DNA of 64,000 nucleotides from Candidatus Dormiibacterota bacterium (GTDB taxonomy: Bacteria > Chloroflexota > Dormibacteria > Aeolococcales > Aeolococcaceae). Below are positions 60,884 to 64,000 of the stretch, one piece after another; the stretch's first letter is position 1, and each line of letters begins with the position of its first letter. Where the stretch lies: positions 78,246 to 142,245 of the forward strand of contig CAVUQX010000005.1 in the NCBI GenBank assembly GCA_963743835.1, given 5' to 3'. The position numbers and the translations under genes are program-made. The notes below the pieces were generated by a model, which was given only the letters and a program-made list of their open reading frames with translations, had not been told where the DNA came from and did no database searches.

Positions 60884-63322
60884 CTATGTTCGCCCCCCGG
60901 GCTCGCTCGCGCGTGCCTGCGGGACCGGATACAGGATCAGCCGGGTTCGCGCGTGACGGCGCACCTCCTGCGGGCTCCAGTACAACGGGAACTGGCGGTT
61001 GGTCCGCCACCGCCGGGACAGATCCCGGTAATGGCGGGATCCCGGCTGCCCGGACTGGCCAGGCAGGTGGATGCCGCCGCTCGCATCCCAGTTGCCGACG
61101 TCGATGACCTGGCGCCAAGACGGGGCGGACAGCCGGGTGGCGAAGGGCTCGCCGGGCACCGGCGAGGTCGCCAGGACCGTGTCGGTGTTGCCGCCAACCC
61201 TGATCGACGGGGCGTTGAAGAATCGTGCCAGTCCGCGACGGCGGCCGAAGGCGTGGATCAGCTCGAGCCGGTGGACCCGGCCCCAGCGCCAGCGCCGCGA
61301 GTTACGACCCAGGCTGCTGCGGAGGTCGGTCGTCGCGTCGTCGAGCGATCTCGAGATCACCTCCGCCCAGGTGGTGAGGCCCTCGAAGAGGCCGTCATCG
61401 CCGAGCTCCCACCGCTCGATGAGTGACGGGGTGAGCCGGCCGACGATGTTTCCCGGGTACTGGAACACCGGGTGGGACAGGTCGACGCCCGCAAGGATGC
61501 GCCACGCGTTGCCGCAGATCGGGCTCAGCGAATGCTCTGCCAGCCGAGCCATGAACGCCTCGTAGAGGGTCGGTTCCATCCGTCCCGGGTCCATGACCGC
61601 GTCCCACTGCGCCAGGCGCTGGCGGGCCGACTCCGCCGTCGGGTTGGTGCAGTGGATCCTTCCGAGGAGGCGGACCACCTGGCGAGCCGGAGGGCACACC
61701 AGGTCCATCTGAGCGCGCGCCATATAGGGGAGGTCGACCACGCGCTCGCTGAGCAACTCGCCGATCCGCAACGCGCGGTAGCCCGACATGTAATCGGTGC
61801 CGATGTAGAAAGGGAAGTCATCGCCTGCGATGCGATTGTTGGCGGTGATGATCTGCTGCTCGGGGGGATCGAAGATCTGCGGAACCTCGTCGATGGTCAG
61901 GTACCGAGTCCAGACCGCGTTTCCCGTCCAGCCCTGCACCGGCAGACCACTCGGCTTGGTTCTGCGAACCGGGATCCGCCCTGAGAGCAGGTAGCCGATG
62001 TGGCCGTCGACATCCGCGTACAGCACGTTCTGGGACGGTGCGTCGAAGGTTGTGAACGCTTCCTTGAAGCTCTTCCAGTCTTCTGCACGCTGCAGGCGGA
62101 GCAGGCCTTCGGCCGCGCCACCCGGCTGCAGCGCGGTCCACTGCAGTGCGAGCCCTCGCCAGATGCCGCGCTCGGGGTCCTCGATCCGCTCGACGACCGG
62201 ACCGTGGCGGGTCACCACCACCTCCTCCAGGACGTCGGACGAGTTCTTGACGTGGATGATCTCGCGCAGCCGCCGGGTGGGCTCGAAGCCCCGTTCGGTG
62301 CGGAATTTATCGGCCGCCGGCGTGTCGAACTCCTCGATCACCAGGTCCTGGCAGTCAGCGAAGGAGTTGGTGAATCCCCAGGCGATCCGGGTGTTGTGAC
62401 CGATGATCACGAATGGCATCCCGGGCATGGTCACGCCGGTGGCTTCGAAGTCATCCCCGGCCTGGACGTGCGCCGCGTACCAGATCGACGGCATGCCCGG
62501 GACCAGGTGCGGGTCGTTGCAGAGGATCGGCCGGCCAGACGTCGTTCGCAGCCCGGAGACGACCCAGGAGTTGCTCATGCCTCCTGCGGTCGGGATCCAG
62601 CGCGCCGCTTCGCGGAACATGGTCAGCAGCTGCGATCGCGTGTCGCCGCCGGCCGCGCGAACGGTGGTCGCCAGGACGGTCGGGTTGGCGTCCGGGTAGA
62701 CGATGTCGAGGCGCGCAGCGTGCTCGGGGCCGATCGCGCGGAGCAGCTCCAGACGCTGCAGCTCGGTGTCCCAGTTCATGCTCAATCCGAGCGCCAGCAA
62801 CTTGAGCGCGGCGAGGCTGTGCATCGGCTCCCACGGCTCCGGGGTCACGCCGAGGAGCCGGTATTCGATGGGCAGGGCGCGGCCCGACTGCGCGATGCAG
62901 TTGACCCCCGCCGCATACGCTTTGAGCATCCGCCGGGCCTCGGGGCCGAGGCGAAGCTCCTCCTCGCGGGCGACCCGCTGCAACCCGACCCGCCGGATGA
63001 AGCGGTCGATGTTCACGCCCTCAGCACCGATCAGCTCGCTGATCCGTCCCGTCGCCACACGCCGCGTGACCTCCATCTGCCAGAGCCGGTCCTGGCCATG
63101 CACGACACCCATCGCGTACGCGGCGTCCTCCATGGAGGTCGCGATGACGTGGGGAACGCCCCATCGATCACGGCCGACGGTGACCTCCACGAGCAGACCG
63201 GTGCATCCGAGCCGGCCCCTCACCTGCGGGAGGGACACGCCGAAGGTGCGATGGCGCGCGACCAGCAGAGCGGCGCAGACAGCGACCACCACGGCCGCCG
63301 CGACGATGAGGGCAATGATCAT
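60884..63322 (-). CDS. penicillin acylase family (Ntn hydrolase)
   Basis: RDRWGVPH, HGQDRLWQM, SNSW (Ser nucleophile), NDPHL, PGQSG. Confidence 0.93.
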   Translation of the reverse strand: MIIALIVAAAVVVAVCAALLVARHRTFGVSLPQVRGRLGCTGLLVEVTVGRDRWGVPHVIATSMEDAAYAMGVVHGQDRLWQMEVTRRVATGRISELIGAEGVNIDRFIRRVGLQRVAREEELRLGPEARRMLKAYAAGVNCIAQSGRALPIEYRLLGVTPEPWEPMHSLAALKLLALGLSMNWDTELQRLELLRAIGPEHAARLDIVYPDANPTVLATTVRAAGGDTRSQLLTMFREAARWIPTAGGMSNSWVVSGLRTTSGRPILCNDPHLVPGMPSIWYAAHVQAGDDFEATGVTMPGMPFVIIGHNTRIAWGFTNSFADCQDLVIEEFDTPAADKFRTERGFEPTRRLREIIHVKNSSDVLEEVVVTRHGPVVERIEDPERGIWRGLALQWTALQPGGAAEGLLRLQRAEDWKSFKEAFTTFDAPSQNVLYADVDGHIGYLLSGRIPVRRTKPSGLPVQGWTGNAVWTRYLTIDEVPQIFDPPEQQIITANNRIAGDDFPFYIGTDYMSGYRALRIGELLSERVVDLPYMARAQMDLVCPPARQVVRLLGRIHCTNPTAESARQRLAQWDAVMDPGRMEPTLYEAFMARLAEHSLSPICGNAWRILAGVDLSHPVFQYPGNIVGRLTPSLIERWELGDDGLFEGLTTWAEVISRSLDDATTDLRSSLGRNSRRWRWGRVHRLELIHAFGRRRGLARFFNAPSIRVGGNTDTVLATSPVPGEPFATRLSAPSWRQVIDVGNWDASGGIHLPGQSGQPGSRHYRDLSRRWRTNRQFPLYWSPQEVRRHARTRLILYPVPQARASEPGGRT

Positions 63323-63359
63323 TTGAGGCGGTCTGGGAACGTACTACACTCGCGAGCCC

Positions 63360-64000
63360 ATGGCCTTACGAACTCCGCTTTACGACCGGCACATCGCGGC
63401 AGGGGCGCGCATGGTTGAGTTCGGCGGCTTCGACATGCCGCTGCAGTACTCGACCATACGCGAGGAGCACATCGCCGTCCGGACCCGGTGCGGCCTGTTC
63501 GACCTGTCGCACATGGGCGAGGTTCAGTTCACCGGCGACCGCGCCTTCGATGTGGTCCAGCGACTGGTCACCAACGACATCGCCCGCCTCGAGGTGGGCG
63601 GCGCCCTGTATGGCGTGATGTGCAACGAGGAGGGCGGGATCGTCGACGACGTCGTCGTGTACCGCGCACCCTCCGGCTATATGGTCGTGATCAACGCCGC
63701 CTGCCGGCCGAAGGACGTCGCCTGGATGGGCGAGCACAGCAGCGAGTGCAGCTTCGAGGACATCGGAGACGCGGTGGCGCTCCTGGCGGTGCAGGGTCCC
63801 CGAGCAGTCGCGCTCGTGAACCGGCTGTGCGCCGCCGACGTCGCCGAGGTTCGGCCGTTCCACTCCACTGACACCCAGGTGGCGGGCGTTGAGGCGACGG
63901 TATCCAGAACCGGCTACACCGGCGAGGACGGCTTCGAGCTGTACGTCGAATCAAGCGACGCCCCGGGGCTGTGGGACACGCTCCTCGACGCCGGCGCGGC
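63360..64000 (+). CDS. gcvT: glycine cleavage system T protein, 3'-truncated
   Basis: LRTPLY..H, MVEFGGFDMPLQY, EH.AVR..GLFDLSHMG, LAVQGP, SRTGYTGEDGFE (read directly; not in the ORF track). Confidence 0.95.
   Translation, partial: MALRTPLYDRHIAAGARMVEFGGFDMPLQYSTIREEHIAVRTRCGLFDLSHMGEVQFTGDRAFDVVQRLVTNDIARLEVGGALYGVMCNEEGGIVDDVVVYRAPSGYMVVINAACRPKDVAWMGEHSSECSFEDIGDAVALLAVQGPRAVALVNRLCAADVAEVRPFHSTDTQVAGVEATVSRTGYTGEDGFELYVESSDAPGLWDTLLDAGA

Noticed and set aside
1406-63418. Many long antisense or alternate-frame ORFs (e.g. 1406-3403, 3090-4853, 32876-34339, 62000-63418)
   Set aside because: Shadow ORFs expected at high GC; they overlap well-supported genes and show no recognisable motifs.

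Overview
This is a GC-rich bacterial chromosomal window of mostly housekeeping genes: infA, metH, tldD/tldE, hom-thrC-thrB-ask, ychF, a LipM-type ligase, CCA enzyme, rplI-dnaB, fumC, a DEAD-box helicase, MoeB, murE, rsmG and gcvT. Small accessory modules (TetR/MFS, two-component systems, hydrolases) are interspersed. Gene content suggests a monoderm soil Terrabacterium such as Dormibacterota/Chloroflexota or Actinomycetota (inference only). I saw no tRNA, rRNA, CRISPR array, transposase or phage gene. About 15 single-base indels break conserved genes; about 11 lie in or beside GACTC/GAGTC, which points to long-read errors at a methylated motif rather than real pseudogenes. The most notable signals are: (1) two unannotated intergenic repeat families, each in two copies whose stem differences are compensatory (5115-5252/51238-51373 and 55575-55710/60063-60200), suggesting structured ncRNAs or non-autonomous mobile elements; (2) a tail-anchored protein + Get3d-like ATPase + partner + site-2 protease cluster; (3) a small coiled-coil, triple AT-hook protein; (4) an LprG/P55-like lipid export pair.
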